From positions 4,640,001 through 4,704,000 of the forward strand of contig CP170459.1 of assembly GCA_047947115.1 (NCBI GenBank): a DNA stretch of 64,000 nucleotides, written 5' to 3'. The notes under the pieces were generated by a model, which searched no databases, was not told where the DNA came from, and worked only from the letters and a program-made list of their open reading frames with translations. Positions 1-10,011 of this stretch are shown here, piece after piece. Made by a program: the position numbers and the translations under genes. This DNA is from Verrucomicrobiota bacterium (GTDB lineage Bacteria; Verrucomicrobiota; Verrucomicrobiia; Limisphaerales; AAA164-E04). Within the stretch, counting starts at the first letter, position 1. Each line of letters begins with the position of its first letter.

Positions 1-2
1 CC

Positions 3-149
3 CGCTCAGCGGTCGTTTACTATGACATTGCCAATCAAGCCTCTCCCTCAGGTAGCGAAATTGTTTACCTCGATGTTGACGCCTCATCGGCTGAAACGGC
101 CGTCTCACGGGGAGGCAGCAAGCCGTCAGGTTTCAACACCCATTTTTAG
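3..149 (+). CDS. Probable 3' end of a CDS entering from the left edge (RSAVVYYDIANQ...GFNTHF*)
   Basis: Frame 3 is open from the window edge to TAG at 147-149 with protein-like composition; no family recognised. Confidence 0.35.
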   Translation, partial: RSAVVYYDIANQASPSGSEIVYLDVDASSAETAVSRGGSKPSGFNTHF

Positions 150-503
150 ATTGCCGGCACCGAAAGATCCACTGTCATCAATTCGGATTCCTGGCATATT
201 TACAAAGCTCCCAAAGGGTATGCGCGAGATATGACGCGGGATAGGAGATCACGGGCAGCAATCCCCCAACCTTCGTTAGAGAAAATATGCGCAGAGGCGC
301 AGCTATTGATAGGAAGAATGTGTCTTGAACGCCTAAACCGAGCCGACGCAAGACCCGTAAGCTTGAGGAATGATCATCCATGCTCGGGAAACGGGGCGGA
401 TTTGGACCGGGTTCATTGAATACCTTGCTCCTATCATCCCCCCTCACCCGGGGAAGATGATCTTACGACTGGAAGCTTACCCTGCTTCTGCTAGGATCCA
501 CGA

Positions 504-2927
504 ATGCAATTCCGAGTTTATCGCACATGTCTACATTTGGTTTTAAGGGCGGCTTGGACTCAAGTCTTTTGCCTTTTTCTCTTAGGCCTGCTTCATGCGC
601 ACGCTGCCGACAGGTTGGTGGTGTTGACCTTTGACGATTCGAAAGCCTCACAGTTTACAAACGTCCGGCCCATACTCCAAAAGCACGGGTTCAATGCCAC
701 GTTCTTCATCACGGAAGGTTTCACCTTCAGCTCCAACAAGGACGATTACATGACCTGGGAGCAGATTGCCCAGTTACACCGTGACGGTTTTGAGATTGGG
801 AATCATACCAAAAGTCACATCGGTGTTTCAGCGGACACTCTGGGGATCATTCGGCAGCAGATTGAATACATCAATGATCGCTGCATCGAACACGGCATTC
901 CCCGCCCCACCAGCTTTGCGTATCCGGGCAATGCCATTCATAAAAGCGGACCGGACATGCTCGCTGAATACGGCTTCGTGTGGGCACGTCGAGGCGGGGC
1001 TCCGGAGTTTCCTTACGAGGACGGTCGCGGAAGCGCGTTTGTACCGGGCAAGGACAGCACGCGCTTGCTTCCATCGGCGGGGGATGCACGCCCTCACTGG
1101 ACCTTGGACAATTTCAAGCAGGCTTTGGCGACTGCAGATCAGGGCGGCATTCCCATCATTCAATTTCACGGCGTACCGGACCGGGATCATCCCTGGGTGT
1201 CCACCCGCCCCGAAATGTTCGAAGCCTACATGAACCATCTCAAACAAGAAGGCTACACGGTCCTTTCCCTGAGAGATCTTGCCAGTCATGTGGACACGAC
1301 TCTTCAACCGGAGGATCCCTGGGCGATCATCAATGAACGAAAGGAAGCACGCAAGGAAGTCTACGTAAAAGGCATTGTTCGGGATGCTGACACAGGGGAG
1401 GAGCTTCCTTCACGGATATACATCAAAGATATCCATGGAAAACCGTATTACCCACGCAACATTTCGAGTCGAGGCAGTTCTGTGGATTATCGGAAGCAAA
1501 ACTGGGTCAACCAAAAGGCCACCGAATACCACACCACCCTGGCAGCCGGTGCCTTTTCGGTCGAGCTCCCCCCGGGCACGTATCAATGGACCATAGAGCG
1601 TGGAAAGGAATACACCCCCATCCATCGTGAAATCGTTGTTGAAAGCAGGCAACCGATCGAACTGGCATTCGAACTCAAGCGCTGGATCAACATGGTGGAC
1701 CGCAATTGGTTCTCCGGTGACACACATGTGCACCGTGCGATGCATGAACTGCCCAACGTGATGATGGCGGAAGATCTCAACGTGGCGTTTCCTTTGAACC
1801 ATTGGGTAACGCGCGCCTTTCAGGCACCATCCCAAGGTGACAAGAATTTACGCATTGATGATCCTCCCACACTGGTCACAGTGGACGACACTCATGTCAT
1901 TTATCCGCTCAATACAGAATACGAAATCTTCACCGTCAATGGCAAAGCCCACACCCTCGGCGCCGTTTTTCTGTTAGGGCACCAGAAACCGTTTGAACAA
2001 GGCGCCCCCCCCATGGAATCCATCGCCCGGCAAGCACACGCCCAGGGCGCGTTGCTCGATCTGGACAAACACGACTGGCCCTGGTCGATGGCTTTGGTTC
2101 CTGTGATGGATGTCGATTTGTTCGAACTGTCCAACAACCACATCTGGCGCACCGAATTCGGATTCTCAAACTTCACCACCCCTGCTCCTGCTTACATACA
2201 TCTTCCCAACAAGGGAGTCAAAGGAACCGAAAAGGACTGGATGCTCTACGGTTTTCAAAATTACTACACCTTGTTGAACTGCGGATTCCATCTTCGCCCC
2301 ACCGCCGGAACGGCCAACGGCGTGCATCCTGTTCCGTTGGGGTTCGGGCGTGTGTATGTGCACCTGGAGAAGGGATTCTCCTACGATCAATGGTTCAAGG
2401 GACTGGATATCGGACGCAGTTTTGTGACCACCGGCCCCATGCTGTTTGTCAAAACAAACGGTCAGCATCCCGGATTCCGGTTCATCACGGACGCATCCAA
2501 ACAAAAAGTCATCGCCCGCGGAGAGGTCATCTGGGATCACCCGGTCGAAACCCTGGAGTGCATCGTCAATGGAAAGGTCACCCACAGCCAAACCGTATCC
2601 AACACCCCCACCCATCAAGGGGGCTATCGATCTGAAATCAATATGGAGATCCCCATCGAAGGAAGTAGCTGGGTGGCCATCCGATGCTTCGGGGAACCAG
2701 AACCCGGACGCACCCGCTTTGCCCATACAGCCCCGTGGCATTTCATTCATCCGGAAAAGCCCTTGTTGCCTTCCGTGGATGAAATCGATTTCCTCATCGA
2801 CCGGGTGGCATCTCAAATCGAACGCAGCCGCGAAACGCTACCCCCGGAAGCGATTCAGGAATACGGACAGGCGTTGAAAGCATACCAAGATATCAAGGCA
2901 AAGGTCATCGAGGCATCGGCAAATTGA
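504..2927 (+). CDS. Secreted polysaccharide deacetylase (NodB) fused to a CehA/McbA-family PHP-like metallohydrolase
   Basis: Signal peptide; VVLTFDD and FEIGNHT..H NodB motifs; C-terminal WFSGDTHVHR and AGTANGVHPVPLGFGRVYV. Confidence 0.8.
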   Translation: MQFRVYRTCLHLVLRAAWTQVFCLFLLGLLHAHAADRLVVLTFDDSKASQFTNVRPILQKHGFNATFFITEGFTFSSNKDDYMTWEQIAQLHRDGFEIGNHTKSHIGVSADTLGIIRQQIEYINDRCIEHGIPRPTSFAYPGNAIHKSGPDMLAEYGFVWARRGGAPEFPYEDGRGSAFVPGKDSTRLLPSAGDARPHWTLDNFKQALATADQGGIPIIQFHGVPDRDHPWVSTRPEMFEAYMNHLKQEGYTVLSLRDLASHVDTTLQPEDPWAIINERKEARKEVYVKGIVRDADTGEELPSRIYIKDIHGKPYYPRNISSRGSSVDYRKQNWVNQKATEYHTTLAAGAFSVELPPGTYQWTIERGKEYTPIHREIVVESRQPIELAFELKRWINMVDRNWFSGDTHVHRAMHELPNVMMAEDLNVAFPLNHWVTRAFQAPSQGDKNLRIDDPPTLVTVDDTHVIYPLNTEYEIFTVNGKAHTLGAVFLLGHQKPFEQGAPPMESIARQAHAQGALLDLDKHDWPWSMALVPVMDVDLFELSNNHIWRTEFGFSNFTTPAPAYIHLPNKGVKGTEKDWMLYGFQNYYTLLNCGFHLRPTAGTANGVHPVPLGFGRVYVHLEKGFSYDQWFKGLDIGRSFVTTGPMLFVKTNGQHPGFRFITDASKQKVIARGEVIWDHPVETLECIVNGKVTHSQTVSNTPTHQGGYRSEINMEIPIEGSSWVAIRCFGEPEPGRTRFAHTAPWHFIHPEKPLLPSVDEIDFLIDRVASQIERSRETLPPEAIQEYGQALKAYQDIKAKVIEASAN

Positions 2928-2960
2928 CGTGGTCATCAGGTTATGTAATATCTCTTTTTA

Positions 2961-3119
2961 AACCGCAGATTCTAAAGATTGTCGCAGGTGTCCCATGAAT
3001 AGATGGGCACGCAGTTGAGTGATCGATCGCCACTTGATGTGATTCATACAACGGCAAAACATCTGGTTACATAATTTAAATGAACCTTCTATCTGCGAAA
3101 ATTTGCGCAATCTGCGGTT
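2961..3119. repeat. Intergenic inverted-repeat element with CGCAGAT-type arms (MITE/REP-like)
   Basis: AACCGCAGATT (2961-2971) is the exact reverse complement of AATCTGCGGTT (3109-3119); imperfect arms extend to about 29 bp; a related element lies at 55543-55627. Confidence 0.7.
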
Positions 3120-3237
3120 CTTAACAAATTCAAAAGTCCCACACGGGCTTTTGATGCTCGTTGCTATTGAAAGACTTCGATTTTACAGGTTTTGTCCTCC
3201 TCAACTGGCTTGACCTGTTGCCCGATCCTTGAGACAT

Positions 3238-4551
3238 ATGGAGGACATGAAACACCTCACTCTTTTCGGCCTTGGATTGGTAGCGTTGGTCAATGGCATG
3301 ACTGCCCAATCGTACCAACTGCATTCGTTTGAAAAGATCCAGTTGACGGATCGCTTCTGGAGCGAAGGAGCCACCTTTGGCGATTTCAACAAGGATGGGA
3401 ACCAGGATGTCGCCTCGGGCCCATACTGGTGGGCCGGACCTGACTTCAACGCCCGTCACACTTTTTACCCAGACACAAGGGCATGGCAGAAACAAAACAA
3501 GGATGGCAGTATAAAAACCATCCCCGGATTCGAAGGCGCGCTCGGCAGCAAGAACACCTATTCAGACAACTTCTTCGCATTCTCACATGACTTCAACGCC
3601 GATGGATGGGACGACATCCTCATCCTTGGATTCCCCGGACAGGAATCTTCCTGGTATGAAAACCCCCGGGGAAAACCCGGATACTGGGCACGCCACATCA
3701 TTCTGGATGTCACGGACAACGAATCTCCCACCTTTGCCGACCTGACCGGTGATGGCAAACCCGAGGTCATTTGCAGTTCGGGAGGACACTACGGCTATGC
3801 CAGTCCGGATTGGGCACACCCGGAAAAACCATGGACATTTCATCCAATCACCCCAAAAGGTCCTTGGGCAAAATTCACCCACGGCATGGGGATTGGAGAC
3901 GTGAATGGGGATAAGCGCCTGGACTATCTCGCCAAAGAAGGTTGGTGGGAACAACCCGAACAACTCGATGGCGATCCGGTCTGGAAGTTTCATGGTTTCC
4001 CCTTCAGCCCCGGCGGAGGAGCCCAGATGTACGCCTATGATGTGGACGGAGATGGTGATAACGACGTCATTACCAGCATCGCCGCTCATGGTTATGGTTT
4101 GGCATGGTACGAGCACATTCCCACTGCGGAAGGCATCACATTCAAAGGTCATACCTTCATGAACAAGGAGCCATCCGAGAACCGATATGGAGTCAAATTC
4201 TCCCAACTGCATGCCATCGACCTGGTCGATATGGATGGAGACGGGCTGAAGGATATCATCACCGGAAAACGCTTCTGGGCTCACGGTCCTCATGGCGACG
4301 CCGAACCCAATGAGGCCGCTGTTCTTTATTGGTTCAAGTTGGAACGTACCAAAGATGGAGTAGACTTCGTCCCGCACCTCATCGATAACGACTCCGGAAT
4401 CGGCACTCAAGTGATGGCTCGGGACATCAATGGCGACGGCCTGCCCGAGATCGTGGTAGGCAACAAAAAAGGAACCTTTGTCCACAAGCATTCCGCGGTC
4501 AAAGTGGATCGTGACACATGGCTGAAGGCACAACCCAAAGCCCTTTATTAA
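3238..4551 (+). CDS. FG-GAP/VCBS repeat secreted protein
   Basis: Signal peptide; repeated DxNxDGxxD motifs (DFNKDGNQD, DFNADGWDD, DLTGDGKPE, DVDGDGDND, DMDGDGLKD, DINGDGLPE). Start uncertain (3229/3238/3247). Confidence 0.85.
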   Translation: MEDMKHLTLFGLGLVALVNGMTAQSYQLHSFEKIQLTDRFWSEGATFGDFNKDGNQDVASGPYWWAGPDFNARHTFYPDTRAWQKQNKDGSIKTIPGFEGALGSKNTYSDNFFAFSHDFNADGWDDILILGFPGQESSWYENPRGKPGYWARHIILDVTDNESPTFADLTGDGKPEVICSSGGHYGYASPDWAHPEKPWTFHPITPKGPWAKFTHGMGIGDVNGDKRLDYLAKEGWWEQPEQLDGDPVWKFHGFPFSPGGGAQMYAYDVDGDGDNDVITSIAAHGYGLAWYEHIPTAEGITFKGHTFMNKEPSENRYGVKFSQLHAIDLVDMDGDGLKDIITGKRFWAHGPHGDAEPNEAAVLYWFKLERTKDGVDFVPHLIDNDSGIGTQVMARDINGDGLPEIVVGNKKGTFVHKHSAVKVDRDTWLKAQPKALY

Positions 4552-4573
4552 TGCCAACAACCACTATTAACCG

Positions 4574-5971
4574 GTGAAATCAACCGGAACCATCAGCCAA
4601 ATCTGGGCGTTTCGCTCCATTGAGCGCAAGCTGTTTTTCGCCTGTTTCCTGACCATCGGATTCGGTTACGCCGGTTTCTTCCTGAACGATCTGAAGCAGG
4701 CCAGCGAAACGGTTCAGCGCGGTATTCTCCCCTTGGTTATTTTCGGCATCAGCCTCTTGATCATGCACGGCTGGTTCTTGATAACCCGATTCAAAGGGGA
4801 TCCTGTCATTCTGGGGTCGGTTGTCTTTCTGGGAGGTTTCGGAATCCTGGCCCAGTACCGGATGGGATTGTTCGACTTTGAACACCCCTGGAGGTTGAGC
4901 CATTTCGCCTATCCCATCGGTGTGATCCTCATGCTGTTTGTGATCGGGATATTCAAAAACGGCCGGTATCAGCTGTTGCGTTCCATGGGATGGATCGCAG
5001 CAGCCGTTTCCGTTTTCATCGTTGCTGTTCTGATTGCCACCGGATCACGTTACCGAGGCGCGTACTATGCCGCCGGTCAGTTGACCCCGACGGAAATACT
5101 CAAGCTGTTGATGGTCGTGTTCATGGCTAGCTATTTTGCAACTCGGGAAAAAGAGATCCGGAAGGCAGTCAGTGGAGGCAAAGCTTCCATGTGGGCAATT
5201 CTCTGGCCCGTCGGGGCCGTTTATGCGGTTTTAATGGGATTGTTGATGATTCAACGGGACCTGGGGATGCTGGCTGTCTTGACCATGACCCTTTTCATGG
5301 TGCTGTTCTTTATCACCGGACAATGGCGTTATATCCTCGCATCCACCACAGCAGTGGTTTTGGCCGGCATGCTGGCCAATGCATTCATCTCCCACGCCAG
5401 AGGCAGGATTCAAACCTGGATGAATCCATTCGGAGATCCCACAGGAAGCGGATGGCAGATCCTACAGGGTTTGTCAGGAATGTTTGCGGGAGGATTGTTC
5501 GGGGCCGGATTTGGAAAGGGCAATCCTGAAAGAATACCCATTGCCGAATCCGATTTCATCTATGCGGTCATAGGGGAGGAACTGGGATTTGTGGGATGCA
5601 TTCTGGTGGTCGTGTTCTATCTGGTCTTTTTCCGGCAGGGCTTCCGCATCGCCCACCAGACAAAAGATTACTTCGGCTCACTGCTTGCAGCCGGTCTGGT
5701 GTCCATCTTTGCATGTCAGACCTTGCTGAACATCGGAGGCGTCACCAAAGCCATCCCGATGACCGGCATTCCCCTTCCTTTGATCAGTCACGGAGGCAGC
5801 AATCTGGTGACGGTGTTTCTTGGCCTGGGCCTGCTGCTCAGCATCTCTGAGAATCAGGGAAAAGCGGCAACCAAAACGGCCACCTCCAAAAAAAGCCCCG
5901 CCAAATCAAATACCGGAAAAGCCGCTGCCAAGAAAGCCACTAAGAAACAGAGTAAACCCAAGGGGCGTTGA
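4574..5971 (+). CDS. FtsW/RodA/SpoVE (SEDS) family peptidoglycan polymerase
   Basis: Multi-TM; motifs PTEILK, QRDLG, RIQTWMNP, ESDFIYAVIGEELG, PMTGIPLPLISHGGS; Lys/Ala-rich C-terminal tail. Confidence 0.9.
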   Translation: MKSTGTISQIWAFRSIERKLFFACFLTIGFGYAGFFLNDLKQASETVQRGILPLVIFGISLLIMHGWFLITRFKGDPVILGSVVFLGGFGILAQYRMGLFDFEHPWRLSHFAYPIGVILMLFVIGIFKNGRYQLLRSMGWIAAAVSVFIVAVLIATGSRYRGAYYAAGQLTPTEILKLLMVVFMASYFATREKEIRKAVSGGKASMWAILWPVGAVYAVLMGLLMIQRDLGMLAVLTMTLFMVLFFITGQWRYILASTTAVVLAGMLANAFISHARGRIQTWMNPFGDPTGSGWQILQGLSGMFAGGLFGAGFGKGNPERIPIAESDFIYAVIGEELGFVGCILVVVFYLVFFRQGFRIAHQTKDYFGSLLAAGLVSIFACQTLLNIGGVTKAIPMTGIPLPLISHGGSNLVTVFLGLGLLLSISENQGKAATKTATSKKSPAKSNTGKAAAKKATKKQSKPKGR

Positions 5972-5982
5972 ATGAGCAGTTG

Positions 5983-8922
5983 TCAGTTCTTTCGGTCATA
6001 GCCGAGGAAACCGAGCAGATCCACCACTTCCTGAGGTTTCCTTCCCGTCAACAACCCTTCGGGCATGGCAGAAAGGGATGATCTTTGCCGATCTATGATG
6101 GTCGCAGGATCAATCTGGTGCTTCTGCCCCAGCACATCCATCAGAACCAGGCCCTGTTCATTCTCCTGCTGCAGGACTCCTGTAAGCAAAAGACCATTCT
6201 GTGTTTCAATCGAGATCACTCCGAATTCAGGTTCCACCACCAAAGAGGGTTGCAGAATATGCTTCAAAGCTTCGCTCTGCGTATATTTTTCAGCGACACG
6301 ACCAAGATCCGGACCAAGGTCACCTCCTTTCCCATTGACCTTGTGACACGTGCCGCATTGGAGTGAGGCATCTTCAAAAAACATCCTGCGTCCGTTTTCA
6401 ATGTCGGGTTTCAAAGTGTCCAGCAAAGTCAAATCCAACGCATCCATTCGATTGGATGAAGATTCAAAGAACCGCCTCAGCACATCACGTCGAACCGGAT
6501 CGTTCAGTTCACGATAAAGCTTACCCACCATCTCCTTTTGTCTCTCATCCAACCATCCCCGGTCCATCGCATGGGCCAAACCGAGCACTCCGCTCAGATG
6601 TTGTCCCAGGGAATGAATGGCGGCTTGCATGTCCCCTGCATGAGTCTGATTTCGAATGCGTTCAATTTCGTTCAACACTTCAGTCGTCCGATCAGCAACA
6701 CCGGAATCAACTTTTCCCAGCGAGCGAATCCAGTCGAAAACCAGTTTCAACCCTTCCACATCCAATCCCCCTTGCATTCCCAGATGAGGCATTTGCCCCG
6801 CGCCCGTCTTTGCCACTCGGACGTATAAGACGGATCGGAAAGGATCTCCGGGTTCGATGACGGACGCATCGGTCAGGCCAAAGTCACCACGTAGTGTCGC
6901 TTGATTCACCAGTGAAGCCTGTGCCAATGGTTTCTCAAAATACATGAGAGATTGTACCATGGCGCCCGCGTTTTCACGGTGACAATGCCCGCAGTTGGCG
7001 TGCAGATAAGCACGTGCGCGATACTCCAGATCGTTCATTTTTTCACCACGTCCGGTGTTGCGTGATTGCTCCCGATTCGTGAGTTTCAATTGATTCAGAC
7101 GATCCCACGAAGCTTGAACGCCATCATCAGCCCGCATCGTCCCACGCAATTGCAACTTATTCCATCCCAAGGCATATCCACTCCAAGAATTATGACAACG
7201 AAGGCAATTGGCCCTGGCCTCGTAATGCCAGGCACTCGGTGCGTGCTCTCCCTTTAATCCTGACAAGGCGGAGTTTGAATCGTCAGCAAGAAGGGTCTGC
7301 CCTTCCGCTTTCACCAGTCGAGCATCTTTGCCGCGAGCATCCCAGGCATAGACGTAGGCATTCCAATGCTGACCATCGTAGTGCATCAATTGCGTTTCAA
7401 TGGGTTTCCCTTGTTCGCTTCCCGGGGTTGATTCCGGGTTCGGCCAAAAAAGTGTCTTCGCCAAAACAGCATCAGCAGGAAACGTGGCGGCACGATCAGC
7501 CACCTGGACACGTGCAGTGCCTGGCAAACCAACCCAGCGGCGTGCCATGGCACCGTTTTCCCAATGCGGCATTTCAACCTCGTAGGGATAAACTCCCGGC
7601 GAAGGAATGTGCCCGCCGACATCTTCAAAGAGCCCTGTCTGGCTGAGCCATTCCGGAAAATCGGAACCTTGTTCTTCCCCGCTGTGCGGCCTCAGTTGAT
7701 AGAGCCCACCCGCGTAATCCACCACCCATAACTCTCCTTGATGATCCTCGCCAAAGGTGATCACTCGAAACGGCGCGTCGGTCAATTCTTCATGCCACAC
7801 CACTTGATCCCCCTGAACACGCAAACCCCAAATCTTTCCGGTTTCGTAATCACTGTAAATGTAAGCTCCGCGCAGATCGGACAACTCTCGCCCGCGGTAA
7901 ACATATCCCCCGGTAATCGAAGCTGCTTCGGAATGGGGATGTTCCACGATGGGCGCACGAAACATCCCGGGACCTTGTGGCAGTCCTTCCTGAACAAGGT
8001 GGTTGCCTTCCATGATCGACCATCCATAATTCCCACCCTTTTCCACTCGATGAATCAGCTCCCAGAGTTCCCACCCGACATCCCCCACCCAAAGATCACC
8101 GTTCTCTTGATCAAAATTCATCTTGAAAGGATTTCGAAAACCAAAAGCCCACACTTCAGGACGTGCATCGGGGTGGCGGACAAACGGATTATCTGCGGGG
8201 ATGGCATAGCTCAATCCCGGATCCTGATGATCCACATCAATCCTTAAAACTGATGCCAGCAAGTCCGAAATATCCTGCCCCGTCTTCAATATGTCGGGCG
8301 GGTTGGGCCCGGTTCCGTCACCGGTGGTGATGTAAAGGTAGCCGTCCGGACCGAACCGAAGGCAACCACCGTTATGCCCTCCTCCTTTCCATGTTAACAA
8401 GACTTGTTCCGATTCGGGCAATATGACCGGTGGTTGGGTGTCTGAAACGATGAATTTGGAAACACGAGTATCATCGGGTCCGCCGCCTCCCAGCACGTAA
8501 CACAAGTAAACCTGCCGATTCGTTTTGAAATCCGGATGAAATGCCATTCCATAAGCGTCAGCCATACGTTCCTGATGCGTTTTCAGGTGGATCACCAGAT
8601 GCTTCTCAGGCGAGTCGGAGGCCGGGTCGAAGGCATAAATCCCCCCCCTTAACTCCATCATCCACATCCAACGGGTCCCCGGCATGGCCACCAGTTCCAC
8701 CGGATTGTCAAAGGAGATATCCGGAAGCATTCGCTGCAGGTCAAAAGCAGCCGGACGCCCCGGATGCCCCTTTACCTTGGAAACCATCCACGGCACGCGC
8801 GCAGCGGAAGCAGACTGGGCTAGCGACGCTTCACAACATCCAAGATAAAGAGCCAAAGCACAAACAACGCCACGCAACGACAAAACACGTTTAACCAGGG
8901 CAAGGAGTTTGGGAAAATTCAT
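5983..8922 (-). CDS. PQQ-dependent glucose/sorbosone dehydrogenase-family protein with c-type heme domains (PVC-type)
   Basis: HNGGCLRFGPDGYLY, AFGFRNPF and GGNYGWS GSDH motifs; CLRCH, CGHCH and CGTCH heme motifs; C-terminal SAMPEGL. Start at ATG 8922 inferred (ORF open to 9003). Confidence 0.85.
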   Translation of the reverse strand: MNFPKLLALVKRVLSLRGVVCALALYLGCCEASLAQSASAARVPWMVSKVKGHPGRPAAFDLQRMLPDISFDNPVELVAMPGTRWMWMMELRGGIYAFDPASDSPEKHLVIHLKTHQERMADAYGMAFHPDFKTNRQVYLCYVLGGGGPDDTRVSKFIVSDTQPPVILPESEQVLLTWKGGGHNGGCLRFGPDGYLYITTGDGTGPNPPDILKTGQDISDLLASVLRIDVDHQDPGLSYAIPADNPFVRHPDARPEVWAFGFRNPFKMNFDQENGDLWVGDVGWELWELIHRVEKGGNYGWSIMEGNHLVQEGLPQGPGMFRAPIVEHPHSEAASITGGYVYRGRELSDLRGAYIYSDYETGKIWGLRVQGDQVVWHEELTDAPFRVITFGEDHQGELWVVDYAGGLYQLRPHSGEEQGSDFPEWLSQTGLFEDVGGHIPSPGVYPYEVEMPHWENGAMARRWVGLPGTARVQVADRAATFPADAVLAKTLFWPNPESTPGSEQGKPIETQLMHYDGQHWNAYVYAWDARGKDARLVKAEGQTLLADDSNSALSGLKGEHAPSAWHYEARANCLRCHNSWSGYALGWNKLQLRGTMRADDGVQASWDRLNQLKLTNREQSRNTGRGEKMNDLEYRARAYLHANCGHCHRENAGAMVQSLMYFEKPLAQASLVNQATLRGDFGLTDASVIEPGDPFRSVLYVRVAKTGAGQMPHLGMQGGLDVEGLKLVFDWIRSLGKVDSGVADRTTEVLNEIERIRNQTHAGDMQAAIHSLGQHLSGVLGLAHAMDRGWLDERQKEMVGKLYRELNDPVRRDVLRRFFESSSNRMDALDLTLLDTLKPDIENGRRMFFEDASLQCGTCHKVNGKGGDLGPDLGRVAEKYTQSEALKHILQPSLVVEPEFGVISIETQNGLLLTGVLQQENEQGLVLMDVLGQKHQIDPATIIDRQRSSLSAMPEGLLTGRKPQEVVDLLGFLGYDRKN

Positions 8923-9089
8923 GGTCCATAGATTACAGTTTGGAAGTGGTTTGGCAATGAGTTTGAGACAGCTTTGTTGGATGCCATTGAACCCTCTGAG
9001 CAAGGAAGGCTGATCGTTGGGAACGTTGCATCGATCTGGTTTGATTTCTGTGTGTGCCGATGGTAAACCAATCTGAATCGGTCGCAGAC

Positions 9090-9926
9090 ATGATCAAAAA
9101 TTTCAACTCATTGGAAGTCTTTACTGGAATCACCGTAGTGGTTGGCATCCGATACCTTGTATTGGCCTTCATTGCCTGGACCTTGTGTTACTGGCTCTTT
9201 TACTCGCGATGGTTCCACCGCAAAATCGTCAAGCGACACCCCCGCCGGAAGGATATCCGAAGGGAACTCCTCTACTCCGCACTTTCGATCCTGATCTTTG
9301 GAGCCGTCGGCATGGGGACCATCACCCTGGCCAGGATGGGATACACGCGAATCTATTGGAGCGTGGCGGAGAGAGGTTCGGGTTGGTTTGCCTTGAGCAT
9401 CCTTCTGGCTGTCTTGCTCCATGACACTTATTTTTATTGGTCCCACCGATGGATGCATCACCCAAAACTTTTCCACTGGGTTCACAAGGTGCATCACCAA
9501 TCCAATAACCCCACACCCTGGGCGTCCTATTCCTTCAGTTTTTGGGAAGCGATGGCACAGGCGGCCATTTTTCCCCTGACCGCATTTCTGATCCCCATTC
9601 ATCCACTGGCTTTCGGCATATTCATGGGGTGGCAAATTTTCAACAACGTCCTGGGGCATACAGGATTTGAATTTTACCCACGCTGGATGATGAAAGGCTG
9701 GCTGCGCTACCTCCTCAACACCCCCACCAACCACATCATGCACCACGAAAAGCCCAATGGAAACTACGGCATCTATTTCAACATCTGGGACCGCATCATG
9801 GGCACCAACCACCCCGACTACGACCAACGCCTGACCGAACTCATCCAGGCAAAAAGAAATCCCACAATACCCAACATGCCGCAACAAGAACGGACGACAG
9901 CGAAGGTCACAGCGAGCAAACTGTGA
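9090..9926 (+). CDS. Sterol desaturase / fatty acid hydroxylase family protein
   Basis: His boxes HDTYFYWSHRWMH, HKVHH and HIMHH; NYGIYFNIWDRIMGT. Start uncertain (9054/9060/9090). Confidence 0.88.
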   Translation: MIKNFNSLEVFTGITVVVGIRYLVLAFIAWTLCYWLFYSRWFHRKIVKRHPRRKDIRRELLYSALSILIFGAVGMGTITLARMGYTRIYWSVAERGSGWFALSILLAVLLHDTYFYWSHRWMHHPKLFHWVHKVHHQSNNPTPWASYSFSFWEAMAQAAIFPLTAFLIPIHPLAFGIFMGWQIFNNVLGHTGFEFYPRWMMKGWLRYLLNTPTNHIMHHEKPNGNYGIYFNIWDRIMGTNHPDYDQRLTELIQAKRNPTIPNMPQQERTTAKVTASKL

Positions 9927-10011
9927 TGGGTGACGTTATACAACCGAGAATGGCTGCGATTTCCGCAGCTTTCCTTCGGCGCATTTGTGAAGGGATCATC
10001 CAGGGGAAAGA

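Noticed and set aside
150..503. Short ORFs at the window start
   Set aside because: No recognisable motifs or consistent coding signal.
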